A stretch of DNA of 64,000 bases from Eimeria praecox (lineage: Eukaryota), in NCBI GenBank assembly GCA_963920595.1, contig OY986947.1:3100001-3164000 (forward strand). The letters run 5' to 3'. Below the pieces are notes generated by a model. The model was not told where the DNA came from. It made no database searches and saw only the letters and a program-made list of their open reading frames with translations. The translations under genes and the position numbers were made by a program. Position 1 is the stretch's first letter; the number at the start of each line of letters is the position of its first letter. Below are positions 13,997-26,905 of this stretch, one piece after another.

Positions 13997-14575
13997 GGCA
14001 ATAGCAGCATCAACAGCAGCAGGATACATCATCTCGAAGGCCCCTACAGTTGCATGGGTTCGAACGATGCGAGAGATGCTTTGCAGCTGCTCCTGCATGG
14101 CTGCTGATACTGCTGCTGCTGCTGCTAGCAGCAGCGTCTGCTGCTGCTCTTCCGCCCTCTTGCAGCGCAGCAATATCGAAGGGACCTCAGCAGCAGAAAC
14201 AGCAGCACCATCATATGGATATCTGCCAAACACAGCAGGAACAACTACAGGTAGTGCCGTTGGCTTGCTGCTGCTGCTGCTGCTGCTGTTGGTGCTGGTG
14301 CTGCTGCTGCTGCTTGCCGCCGTGTCATCTTCATCTTCGCTGTACTCGTCCAGAGCCTCCTCAAGCAGCTCACTGAGGAGTCGTTGCTGCTGCTGCTGCT
14401 GCTGCTTCTGCTGCCTATGCCGGCCTTCCTTCAAATAAGCAGACAGAACCCCGGGGCCCCCTACGAGGGGAGAGGGGGGCCCCTTGGGGGGTGACACGCA
14501 GAAGCAGTTTGTCTGTATTTCGTCTGTCTGCTTGCGGGGCCCCTCCCCAAACAGAGCAAACGGTATAGCTGGCAT
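9696..14575 (-). CDS. ORC3: Origin recognition complex subunit 3-like (~1557 aa, expanded by homopolymer tracts); exons 14575-11731, 11524-9696
   Basis: ORC3-like blocks occur in the expected order: LPVVIMHVGADVEDH; VVVLEELEAFSPRVVSQLLLLLS...PVIVLASAAASAVTIQQLI; LLYKFFADHPFSYL; and winged-helix region DTSLVYRRISFGSRRIPLWPLF, LRFGVAVCTLGHLGLVR, HLTRCFFG. An intron (GTACGT...TGCAG) joins the two ORFs in phase 1. The start codon is tentative. Confidence 0.75.
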
Positions 14576-14931
14576 TTCAGCTGCTGCTGCTGCTGCTGCT
14601 GTTGTTGTTGTTCCTGCTGCTGCTGCTGTTGCAGTCGCTGCTGCACCGGGACCCCCCAGGCCCCCCTCTGTCTTGCAGCAGAGCCGATCTAAGCAGCCAA
14701 ACTAGACGTTGACAAGACAAGGAAGCCCTTGCAGCTCTTGCTGCTGCTCTTGTTGCTGCTGCTGCTGGTGTTCTGTATGATGTGTTCTGCAGCAGCAACG
14801 CAGGGCCCCCGTGTGGGGTCTCCTACGAGGGTCTTTAGGGTTTTGGCCTCGGTGTTGCTGGGGGCGGAGCAGCAAGGAGAGATGGAGGAAGTTTTGAAAA
14901 AGAAGCGGTGCTGCTGCTGCTGCTGCTGTTG

Positions 14932-14963
<32 letters not shown>

Positions 14964-15182
14964 TCCGATCCTACAGGGTTGTTGTTGTGGTGGGGTTGCG
15001 GTCGCTGCTTGTTGCAGCTGTGCCGCCGTCTTCTTCCCCCCTATCTAAGTTTAGACGTAATTATAAATTAAATAAAATAAACATATTTATAGTGTCTTTT
15101 AATATAAACAAAAGCAAACACCGATCCACAGCCCCCAGCCCCCTGGTTAGGGGCCCCAGCCCCGATGCCCCAGAACAGCAGC

Positions 15183-15224
15183 AAACCCTAAACCCTAAAC
15201 CCTAAACCCTAAACCCTAAACCCT
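15183..15224 (+). repeat. Internal telomere-like (AAACCCT)n
   Basis: Six tandem AAACCCT units between the divergently transcribed ORC3 and SSXT genes. Confidence 0.97.
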
Positions 15225-15362
15225 AGAAAATGAACAATAAACAATAAACACTTAACAATAAATAATATATATTGTGTTTCATCATCTCATTGTAATATCT
15301 GCTGCATCAGCTGCTCTCGTGTCTGACCTTCTTCAGCCCGCAGCAGCAGCAGGAGGGCCCTC

Positions 15363-15393
<31 letters not shown>

Positions 15394-16159
15394 TCTCGTT
15401 GGTGTTCTTTGCTGCAGCATCCAAACAATTGCTGGAAGCAGCAACAGCAACAGCAACAACAACGGCAGCAGCAGCAACAGCAACAGCAGCAGCCGCAACC
15501 GCTCAAGCAGCAACGCAAGCAGCTGCCCCAAGAGGATCTGCAGGAGCAGCAACAGCAGCAGCAGCAGCAGCAGCAGCACAGGTAGCAGCAGCAGCACAAG
15601 TAAAGTGCAGCTGCAACAGGGAAGCAGATCGCAGCGACGGCATCGCAAGCAGCATCAGCAGCAGCAACACAAGCAGCAGGAGCAGCAGCGGGAAGTAGCA
15701 GCAGCAGCAACACCACGAGTAGCAGCAACTGCAGCAGAAAATATTACTATAAGCATTACGCACAGGATTAGCAGCGTCCTTCTCAGCAGGCTTAGCAGCA
15801 GCTGATGCAGCAGCAGCAGCAGCAGCAGCAGCGGTAGCAGCTGCACTGCCGCTCTCAATACACCTGTGCAACGCCCGCAGCCCCTGCTGCTGCAGCAGCA
15901 GAGGCTGCAGCAACTTCAGCAACAGTGGGAAGAGTAGCAACAACAGTGATAGAAAGAGCAGCCCGCACAAGCGCAGCAACTGCAGCAAAGGCTGCAGCAG
16001 CAGCAACTGCAGCAGCAGCAGCAACTGCAGCAGCAGCAACTGCAGCAGCAGCAGCAACTGCAGCAGCAGCAACTGCAGCAGCAGCAGCAACTGCAGCAGC
16101 AGCAACTGCAGCAGCAGCAACTGCAGCAGCAGCAACTGCAGCAGCAGCAGTCTATAGTC

Positions 16160-16246
16160 ATGACTACCCCTGAAGATATCGACGCGTTTTTCAACGCTCT
16201 CGTCGATGGATCTGGCTTGGATGAGGAGGCAGCAGGAAAGAGGGGC

Positions 16247-16290
<44 letters not shown>

Positions 16291-17942
16291 GCAGTTGCAG
16301 CAGCAGCAGCAGCACCAGCAGCAAGCGGGGAATGCAGCTGGCCTCACATTAGCGCAGGCAGCAGGTGCCGCAGCAGCAGGGGCAGCACCTGCTGCTGCTG
16401 CAGCTCCTGCTGCTGCGGCAGCTCCTGCTGCTGCGGCAGCTCCTGCTGCTGCTGCAGCTCCTGCTGCTGCTGCAGCTCCTGCTGCTGCTGCAGCTCCTGC
16501 TGCTGCTGCAGCTCCTGCTGCTGCTGCAGGGGGTGAAGGGGCGCCGCGGAAGTTGCCTGCAGCAGCAGACAGAGCAGCAAATCAAGGTCCTGCTGCAGCA
16601 GCACCAGCGTCAGCAGCAGCAACAGCAGCAGCCGTGTCTTCTCTACACAGCACGTCGGCAGCGATGAGCTTTCAAACACCCTTGCAGCAGCAGCAATCTC
16701 TGTCGCAAGCCCTTCCTGCTGCAACGGCCAGCAGCACCCATGTGCCGCAGCAGCAGCAGCAGCAGCAGCAGCAGCCGCAACAACAGTTGCAGCAGCAGCA
16801 ACATCAGCAGCAGCAGGTAGCGATGTGCTGGCAAGGGCGGGCTCCTCCTGAGTTGCAGTGCGAGCCTCCATACGCCTACGTGCCTCCTTTGTGTACAACT
16901 GCAGCAGGTGGGCAGCAGCAGCAAGCAGCAGCGCAGCAGCAAGCAGCAGCACAGCAGCAAGCAGAAGCTGCAAGCTTGTGTGTCTCTGCTGCTGCTGTGG
17001 GGAGACTAATTGAAAGTAAACTGCGCGAAAACGAACAGATGCTTTTTGCTATTCATGAAAACCTGGGAGTACGTACAGAAACACCCTGACGTTGTCTGCA
17101 GCAGCAGCAACAGCAGCAGCAGCAGCAGCAGCAGCAAGAGCAGCAGCAGCGGCTACAGCAGCAGCAACAGCAGCAGCAGCAAGTCGCTGGTGCTGCAACT
17201 GTAGTTTCGATGTTGCCTCCTAAATGCATATTTTGGTGCTGCTGCAGAAGCTGTTGCTGCAGCTGCTGTTGCTGCATCTGCTGCTACAGCATCTGGTGTT
17301 GCTGCTGCAGTTTCTGCTGCTCTAGCTGCTGCTGCTGCTGCTGCTGCGGCTGTGCGTGTATTGCAGGTGGGGCGATGTGGGGAGGCTGTCTGTTACTTCG
17401 AGCGCCTACAGCAAAATCTCCTTTTCCTCGCCATGCTGGCAGATCAGCACGTTCGTCTGCTGCTGCGGCTGCTGCTGCTGCGGCTGCTGCTGCTGCGGCT
17501 GCTGCTGCTGCTGCTGTTACTGCTGCTGTTACTGCTGTTGGTGGTGGTGCTGCTGCTGATAGCGGTGTTGCTGTTGTCGCTGCTGCTGCATGCAGGGTGT
17601 TTGTATCAGCCCGTATGTGGGGCCTGCATGCATGCATGCATGCATGCAGCGGGGCTTTCTGATAGACAATATACCTCAGATTGTTTGTTTGTGTTGGGGA
17701 CAGAGCGTCTGTCGTTAGCGTTTGCATGCAGCTACTACCTGCAGCTGCAGCTGCAGCACATACATGCATGCATGCATGCATGCATGCATGCATGCATGCA
17801 TTTGCGGTGTATGTACAGCGAGGAGGTTTGAGTGAAGGGTCTACAGAGGAGCAGCAGCAGGCGTTTTATGGTAATCGAGATTTCTGGAGTCATGAAGAAC
17901 TACAGCGCCTTCACCACGCGCTGCGGACGCCAGGACAAGGTG

Positions 17943-17978
<36 letters not shown>

Positions 17979-18161
17979 GATAGCAGCAGCAGCAGCAGCA
18001 GCAGGAGCAGCAGCAGCTAATTTGTGCACGTTGAGGCCAGTTGGGCGCTGCTGCTGCTGCTGTTGCTGTGTGGCTCTTTATCTATCGCTTATTTGAATCT
18101 CTTGCTGCAGTAGCAGGCGCGTGAAAAGACATGAAGTGCTGCTGCTGTTGCTGCTGCTGCT

Positions 18162-18192
<31 letters not shown>

Positions 18193-18808
18193 TTCTGTTG
18201 CTGTTGCTTCAGATTTGCAGCAACTTGCTGCTGCTGTAGGCAGCAAAAGCTCTGCGCAGATCCTCTCCTACTTGTCGCATGCAGCAGACCGCCACATGAT
18301 GCATCGAGCAGCAGCTGGGCAGGGCGGCGGTGCTGCTGCTGCTGCTGCTGCTGCTGGTATCGCGACGCCGGCTGCTGGCAACGCAGCAGCAGCAGCAGCA
18401 GCTGCTGCTGCTGCTGCAGCTGCTGCTGCACCTGCATCTCTTCCTGCTGGCGGTACGTATTAAGTCCTATGCCCTTCATTCGCACCTTTAGTTTCTGCAG
18501 CAGCAGCAGCAGCAGCAGCTCCTGCTGCTGCTGCTGCTGCTGCAGTTGTTCTTCGCCTTAGGTGGTGCTGGAGCATGCATGGCGGGACTATCTGCTCGCT
18601 TTCTTTATTTTTATTTTTTTATGTTTGTTGTTTCTTCTTTTCTCTTCTTCTTCTTGCTTAAGGGAGATATGCTGTAGAGATTAATAAACAGCATAAGAGA
18701 CAGATGGTTTGTGGCTTCGTCTTGTGGCTGCAGGCACAGCAGCAGCAGCAAACGCTGCAGCAAAAGCAGCTGCTCATTCAACACAGGGCCTTCAAAAGCA
18801 AGATGATA

Positions 18809-18851
<43 letters not shown>

Positions 18852-19140
18852 GCAGCAACAACAGCAGCAGCAGCAACAACAGCAGCAACCAATGCAGCAG
18901 CAGCAGCAGGCGCAGCAGCAGTCGCAGCAACAACAGACTCAGCAGCAGGCTATGCAGCAGCAGCAGCAAAAACAGCACATTCAGCAGCAGCAGATTCCAG
19001 TGCCGCAGCAGCAACAGCAGGTGCAACCGCAGCAACACATGCAACAGCAGCACCAGCTACAACACCAGCAGCAGCTGCAGCAGCAGCAAGTGCCCCAGAT
19101 GGTTCATCAGTCAGGTCCGCAGCAGTTTCAGCTACCGCAA

Positions 19141-19171
<31 letters not shown>

Positions 19172-19560
19172 CGGGCGCAGGGGCTGGGGGGGCTCAAAGC
19201 CTCCAAGGTGTGCAGCAGAATGCGCTGTTAACAACACCGCTGCTGCTGCAGCAACCTTCGCTAGCTGCACAGCCTCTACAGCAGCAGCAGGCAGCAGCAG
19301 CTGCAGCAGCAGCAGCAGCTCAAGGCTACTCAATGCTACAAAATGCTGGCCTTCCTCGTCAGCCGTCTCTGCCGCAGCAGCAGCTCTTGCAGCAGCAGTT
19401 GCTGCAGCAGCAGCTGCTGCAGCAGCTTCCGACGCAGACCCAACAGCTGCTGCAACCGTCACCGACGCAGCACATGCAGCTGCAGCAGCAGCAGCAGCAC
19501 CCGCAGCAGCTAGCTAGCCAACCAACAGCGAATTTCGCATTTCTGCAGAAGCGACCTTAG
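16160..19560 (+). CDS. SSXT (SS18/GIF N-terminal) domain + Myb/SANT-like domain + Q-rich tail, ~726 aa; exons 16160-17068, 17367-17450, 17819-17939, 18213-18452, 18734-19560
   Basis: The spliced segment IESKLRENEQMLFAIHENLG|VGRCGEAVCYFERLQQNLLFLAMLAD matches the SSXT/SNH pattern. FWSHEELQRLHHALRTPGQ|DLQQLAAAVGSKSSAQILSY resembles a Myb/SANT repeat. All introns are GT-AG and all phases are consistent. Confidence 0.78.
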
Positions 19561-19704
19561 AGGGTTTACTTCTCTGAGGCAGCAGCAGCGGCAGCAGCAG
19601 CAGCAGCAGCGGCAGCAGCAATTGCTTCTGCTGCTGCTGCTTAATATTTACATACAGTTAAGCGCATATGTGGCATTCTTTCCTTCTTTTGCTTCCTTCT
19701 TCTG

Positions 19705-19880
19705 CAACTGCAGCAATGTTCTGCTGCTGCAGCAGTGTTCTGCTGCTGCAGCAGTGTTCTGCTGCTGCAGCAGTGTTCTGCTGCTGCAGCAGTGTTCTGC
19801 TGCTGCAGCAGTGTTCTGCTGCTGCAGCAGTGTTCTGCTGCTGCAGCAGTGTTCTGCTGCAGCAGTGTTCTGCTGCTGTT
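19705..19880. repeat. Tandem repeat of CAG-derived unit (ctgcagcagtgttctgctg-like, ~20 bp)
   Basis: About 8 near-identical units downstream of the SSXT stop codon. Confidence 0.85.
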
Positions 19881-20133
19881 TCTATCTCTGGTTCTGTTGT
19901 GGGGCTGCGGCTCCTTGTTTAAAGCTGCAGCAGCAGCTGTGCGTAGAGCTGCAGCAGCAGCAGCTGCAGCAGCAGCAGCAGCTGCTGCTGCTGCTGCTGG
20001 GTTATGCTGCAGCAACAACTTAGCAGCAGCAGCTGCAGCAGCAGCAGCATGAGCCTTTAGGCTTTTTTCTGTCTCTGACTTTTGGGGGCCCCTGAGGCTG
20101 TTGCATGTGGGGAGACGCCGTAGTTTACAAATC

Positions 20134-20189
20134 TAGGGTTTAGGGTTTAGAGTTTAGGGTCTAGGGTTTAGGGTTTAGGGTTTAGGGTT
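20134..20189 (-). repeat. Internal telomere-like (TTTAGGG)n
   Basis: About 8 units, a few degenerate. Confidence 0.95.
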
Positions 20190-20359
20190 GTTGTTGAGGT
20201 GTATGGACAGCTACTGTGCTGGTTTGCTGCAGCTACACGGTGTTGTGTGCTGCTAGCAGCAGCTGCTGCAGCAAAATTAAGCAATCTAAGAAGAATATAT
20301 GATGGAGGAAAGAGGCAGGAGCAGCAGCTACCGTATTTCTTCTGCTGCAGCTCCTGCAC

Positions 20360-20685
20360 TGTCTCTTGTCTGTCTACTCTCTGTCTCTCTCTATATCTGT
20401 CTCTTTCTGTTTCTCTCTCTCGGTGTCTCTGTTTATTCGTTTGTCTCTGTCTGTCCTTCTATCTCTTTGTCTATCTTTTTGCGCCTTTGCCTTCTTGTCA
20501 CTCTGTATGTCTGTTTGTCTCCTTGTTTCTCTCTCTGTCTCCTTATCTGTCTCTCTGTCTCCTTATCTGTCTCTCTGTCTCCTTATCTGTCTCTCTGTCT
20601 CCCAATCTGCCTCTCTGTCTCCTATCTGTCTCTCTCTGTCTCCTTATCTGTCTCTCTCTGTCTCCTTATCTGTCTCTCCGTCTCC

Positions 20686-20755
<70 letters not shown>

Positions 20756-21890
20756 TCTCCTTATCTGTCTCTCTCTCTCTCTCTCCTTATCTGTCTCTGC
20801 TCTGTTGCTGTTCGTTCATCATTCAGTCTTTGCGTGTCTATCAATTTTTTTTTTTTTTATTTTTTTAATTTTTTGTTTTTTTTGTTTTTTGTTTTTTTAC
20901 TTTTTTTTATTTTTCTGTCTCTGTTTGCTTGTCTTGTCACTCGACTCAAACGACAAAAACAAACATGAGGAGACAGAGACAGAAGGAGACAGAGACAGAG
21001 ACAGAAGGAGACAGAGACAGAGACAGAAGGAGACAGAGACAGAGACAGAAGGAGACAGAGACAGAGACAGAAGGAGACAGAGACAGAGACAGGAGACGGA
21101 GACAGAAGGAGACAGAGACTGATATGGAAGGAGACAGAGACAGAAGGAGATAGAGACAGAGGGAGACAGAGACAGAAGGAGACAGAGATAGAGACAGAAG
21201 GAGACAGAGATAGAGACAGAAGGAGACAGAGACAGAGACAGAAGGAGACAGAGAGAGGAGGAGACGGATGGAGACAGGGAGTGCTATAGGAGATAGAGAC
21301 AGATATAGAAGGAGACAGAGATAGAGACAGGGGGAGACAGACACAGGGGGAGACAGAGACAAGACAAACAGACAGACAAATAAACAAAGAGACAAAGATG
21401 AAAATATAAATACAGAGAGAAAAGGAGACAGAGAAACAAAGACAGACAGAGACAGAAGGAGACAAAGACAGGCAGAGGGATACAGAGGAAGAGACAGAAA
21501 TAGACAGAAATAAACAGAAAGACACAGACAGAGGCAGAGAGACAGAAAGAGACAGAAGATAACAGGGAGAGACAGATAGAGACAGGAAGAGGCAAAGGGA
21601 GACAGAGGTAGAGACAGAAGGAGACAGACAGAAATAGACAAAAGGAGACAAACAGACAAAGAGAAGCAGACAGAAAGAGGCAGACAGAGAGAGAGAGATA
21701 CAGAAAGAGAGACAGAAGAAGAACGAGACAGACAAGATGAGACAAACAAAGAGAGAAAGACAAATAGACACAGACGTAGAAGGACCGACAGAGAGAGAGA
21801 CAGACAAAGAGAGATAGGCAGAGACAGAGAGACAGAGACAGAGAGACAGAGACAGAGAGACAGAGACAGAGCGACAGAGAGACAGAAGGC
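20360..21890. repeat. Low-complexity TGTCTC/GAGACA, ATCT and AT tracts
   Basis: A pyrimidine-rich TGTCTC-type tract is followed by a purine-rich GAGACA/GACAGAAGGA tract. Confidence 0.9.
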
Positions 21891-22779
21891 TGTCTCCTCT
21901 ACGGTTTAATTGGTTTCTGTCCTCGGGCCCCAGGTGAAGAAAATATCTCACAGACCCTCGAAAGAAAACGGCTGTGAGGTTTGGGCTCAGGCAATGTTTG
22001 CTGCGATCCCTGAACCTGCTTCTGCTGCTGCTGCTGCTGCTGCTGAGGCTGAGGCTGCTGTTGCTGAGGCTGCTGCTGCTGCTGCTGCTGAGGCTGCTGT
22101 TGCTGAGGCTGCTGGTGCTGCTGCTGCTGAGCCTGCTGAAGTGGCTCGTGCTGAGCTGTGGCTTTGCTGGCTAGTTGGGCTACTTGAGGGAGGGGGGCTG
22201 CTGCAGCGTCAGCAGCAGCAGCAGCTGCAGGAGCTGCAGCAGGAGCAGCAGCAGGAGCAGCAGCGGGAGCAGCAGCAGAAGCAGCAGCAGAAGCAGTTTG
22301 CTGTTTCTGTGTAGGGAGTTGAGATGAGGGTATGGCTCCTCTGCTGCTGCTGTCCGCGCCTTTCGGTTTGTTGGGGAGACCTTTGCAGGAGGCATCCTTC
22401 GGGGGTGCAGGCTTGCTGTTGCTGCTGCTGCTGCTGCTGCTGCTGTTGTTGTTGTTGGTGGTGTTGTTGGTGTTGTTGGGCCCCACACTTGTCCCCGACT
22501 CGTCTGGGAGCCTCAGCCTAAATCGAGAAGCAGCACACACAGATATCGGCGAAAGGAGACAACAGCAGCAAACCAAGAAACAGCAGCAGCAGCAAACTCA
22601 GCAGCAGCAGCAACAACAAACCTAGGAGTAGCAACAGCAGCAGCAACAGCAACAGCAGCAAGCCAAAGAGCAGCAGCAGCAGCAAACCAAGGGACAGTAG
22701 CACTTGCCGCCACTGTGACAGACACTGTAGCAGTCATACTACCCATTGCTGTTGCTGCTACTGCTGCTGCTATTGCTGC

Positions 22780-22811
<32 letters not shown>

Positions 22812-23742
22812 CTGGTACTACTGCTACTACTGCTGCTGCTGCAGCTGTTGTTGTTGATGCTGCTGCTGCTGTTGTTGCTGCTGCTGCTGTTCGGGAGACA
22901 AAGCGAAAGAGGCATTGATGGGATGCATAAAAGAAGATAAGGAGACAAAATGAGAGAGACAGAAACAGAAGAAGACAGAAAGAACAAGGAGACAAAGACA
23001 GAGACAAAAGGAGACAAAGACAGAAAACAAAGAAACAAAGAAATAGGATTAAATAAAAGAGGAGAAGACAACATATAAAAGGAGACAGACAAACAAACAA
23101 AAGCAACATACAACGGAAAGGAGACAGATAAAGACAAACAAAAGAAACAGACAAACAGAAACAGATAGAAGGAGACAGAAAGAAACAGACAGAAGGAGAC
23201 AGAAAGAAACAGACAAAGAGACAGAAAGATACAAACAAAAAGAGACAGACAGAAGAAAACAGAGACAGACAGAAGAACAGACAAATACAAAAGGAGAGTG
23301 TGAGGAGACAGAGACAGGAGAGAGAAGAAGACAAATACCCCAGCATTAATCCTCTCAGTCAGGATTACATACAGCGCATATTGCTGCTGCTGCTGCTGTT
23401 GCTGCTGCAACTGCTGCTGCTACTGCTACTGTGACTGCTGCTACTCCTGTTGCTGCTACTGTGGCTGCTGCTTCTGTGGCTGCTGCTGCTACTGTTGCTA
23501 CTGCTGCTGCTACTGTGGCTGTTGCTACTGCTGCTGCAACTGTGGCTGCTACAACTGCTGCTGCTGCTATTGCTCCTGCTATTGGTGCTTTTGTGTGTGT
23601 GTGTGTGTATGTGTGTGTTTATCTGGGGTGTACGTACAGCTCGTTGTTGGTACATAGATACAATGATGAAGGGAGAGAGGGAAACCAATTGGGGTGTCTT
23701 CTCACCATGCACTAGTCAATACTTGTTCTGCTTTTAATCTAC

Positions 23743-24537
23743 CTTCAGGATTAAGTAGAAGAAGACCTTGAAGCAAACTCTTTACCTCATTACTTAAAGA
23801 CTGAGACACCACATACTCTCCTGTTGATATATTCGCGTACAATTCCCTGCACAACAAACCCTAAACCCTAAACCCTAAACCCTAAACCCTAAACCCTATA
23901 TACTAAACCCTATATACTAAACCCTAAGCACTAAACCCTATACCCTAAACCCTAAACACTAAAACCTAATACCTAAACATTAAACACTTAACACCAGAAG
24001 AGATGATGGAGAAAGCCTACAGGGGGAAGGCAGGGTATCGAGCACGAGCATGAATATTGGCTCAAACAGAAACAGCAACAGCAGCAACAGCAGCAACAGC
24101 AGCAACAGCAGCAATAGCAGCAACAGCAGCAACAGCAGCAACAGCAGCAATAGCAGCAACAGAAGCAACAACAACAATAGCTGCAGCAGCAGCAGCATCA
24201 GCAGCATCAGCAGGACTAACAAGAGAGCAACACCAACAGCACCATGAAGACAGCAGCACCATCACAGCAAGAACAAACCATCATCAACAAGAGCATCGTG
24301 AGACACTACAAGATCCTTATCATCGTTATCACCAGCAGCACCAGCATCACCATGATCAACAGCAACACTAGCAGCAGCAGCACCACCACCACCAGCAGCA
24401 ACAGCATCAGCAGCAGCATTAGCACCATCAACATCATCACCACCATCATCATCATCATCAGCAGCAGCATCATGCTGCAGCAGCAGCAGCATCACCAGCA
24501 TCATCATCATCAGCAGCACCACCATCAACATCATCAC

Positions 24538-24569
<32 letters not shown>

Positions 24570-25009
24570 CCATCATCACCATCATTATCATCATCATCAT
24601 CATCATCATGATCATACAGATGATCATCATCATGATCATCATGATGATCATGAAGATCATCATGATCATAATCATGATCATCACGATCATGATCATGATG
24701 ACAATGATGATCATGATGATGATCATGATGATGAAGATGATGATCACGATCATGATCATGATCATGATCATCACGATCATGATCATGATGATGATGACGA
24801 TGATGATGATCATGATGATCGTGATGATGATCATCATGATCACGATGATGATGATCATGATGATGGTGATGATGATGATCATCATCATCATGATCATGAT
24901 CATCATGATCATCACGATGATGATGATGATCATCATCATCACGATCATCACCATGATGATGATGATCATCATCATCATCACCATGATGATGATGATCATC
25001 ACGATCATG

Positions 25010-25041
<32 letters not shown>

Positions 25042-25254
25042 CACGGTGGTGATGATCATCATCACGATCACGATCACGATGATGATGATGATGATGATGA
25101 TGATGATCACGGTGATGATGATCATCATCACGATCATGATGATGATGATGATGATGATGATGATCACGATGATGATGATCATCATCACGATCATGATGAT
25201 GATGATGATGATGATGATCACGATGGTCATGATGATGATGATCATCATCATCAC

Positions 25255-25311
<57 letters not shown>

Positions 25312-26841
25312 GATGATGATGATGATGATGATGATGAAGATGCTGTTCATATATATTCTTACTCAGGTTTTTGTCCTCTAAAAGGATAACATCCATGAAG
25401 CATCGCATAGAGAACAACTCCTAAGGACCACATATCTGCAGGTTGTCCTTCATATTCTTTTTTCTTTAATATCTCAGGTGGCATATATGATGGAGTCCCA
25501 CAAGCCATCTTACATTTAGCTCCTGGTTTTAATAAACTTGCAAACCCAAAATCTATTAAACGTACTCTTCCTATGGATTCAGATATTAACAAATACAAAC
25601 AATACAACAAATATTATATATACATATACACATAAATACACACCATCATAGATAAACTGCGAACAGCTAGCTAGCTAGATGGTGGCTAGCTAGGCGAGCA
25701 GCTAGCTAGATGACTGACTAGCTAGATGGCTAGCTAGCTATGTGAGCAGCTAGATGCATGGCTAGCTAGCCATATGGCTAGCTAGCCATATGGCTAGCTA
25801 GCCATATAAGGTGAACTATCTATATACAGTAGCTAGTCATCTATAGCTATGCGAGTATATTTTTTAAAAATATTCTCACATAGCTGCAGAAGATTGGCTA
25901 GCTGGCTAGCTAGCTGACTAGCTACCTAGCTAGCCACACACTTTGATGGCTAAGTGTATAGATATAGAGATAGCTAACCATATATAGCTAGCTAGTCATA
26001 TAGCTAGCTAGTCGTCTAGCTAGCATGTTAGCGAGGCAGTTTGTTAGATGCAAGCTAGCTATTCATCTGCCTGGCTAGCCAGCTAGCTGTCTGGCTAGCC
26101 TGTAGGGACATCCCGATGGTGAAATTGTAGCCCTAAGAAGCAACTCTGATCCCTGTGCTTTCCATCTAGCAGCTAGCTAGCAGCTAGCTAGTAGCTAGCT
26201 AGCAGCTAGCTGGCTGCTGGCTAGCCGTAGGAACTCTGTGCGCGCGAGGTGTATATTGTGCATGCATATGATGGTTTGCTTGGGTATATTAAAGAATCGA
26301 TGGTGCTACGAATTGTGAACAACGCCTAAGCGCTCTGCCTCTCCTCCTCCTCCTGCTGCTGCTGCTGCTATTGCTGCTATTGCTGCTGTTGTTGCTGTTG
26401 CTGCTGTTGCTGCTGTTGCTGCTGTTGCTGTAGGAGCAGCAGCAGCAGTATTTTTTGTGTTTGGTGAGTAATCTTGCCTTTTTCATCTAGCAGCAAGTTT
26501 TCGAGTTTAAGATCTCTGTGTACAACACTCTGCGAGTGTAGATAAGCAACGCCCTTTGCTACATCTAGAAATAATTTTCGAGCACATGTTTCTGACAGTT
26601 TTCCTTTAGGGTTTTTCTGAACAAGTGCATAGAGAGATCCTCCTCCTAAATGTTGCATAACTATATACAGAGCTTGTTCTTCATTAAAGCTCCCTCCATA
26701 TTTTACAATATTTTCATGTTGGAGTCTTCGCATTATTTGAACTTCACGTGTTATCAATGCCTTCTTCTCCCTCTCCATAGAACGAAACCCTTCGTAGATC
26801 TTCACTGCTACTGATCGACCTGTTGTCTGCACCAACACCAA

Positions 26842-26905
<64 letters not shown>

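Noticed and set aside
21899..23400. Probable C-terminal exons of the kinase (ORF 21899-22576; RINAG segment near 23340)
   Set aside because: Splice phases could not be reconciled by eye, so they are not included in the CDS coordinates.
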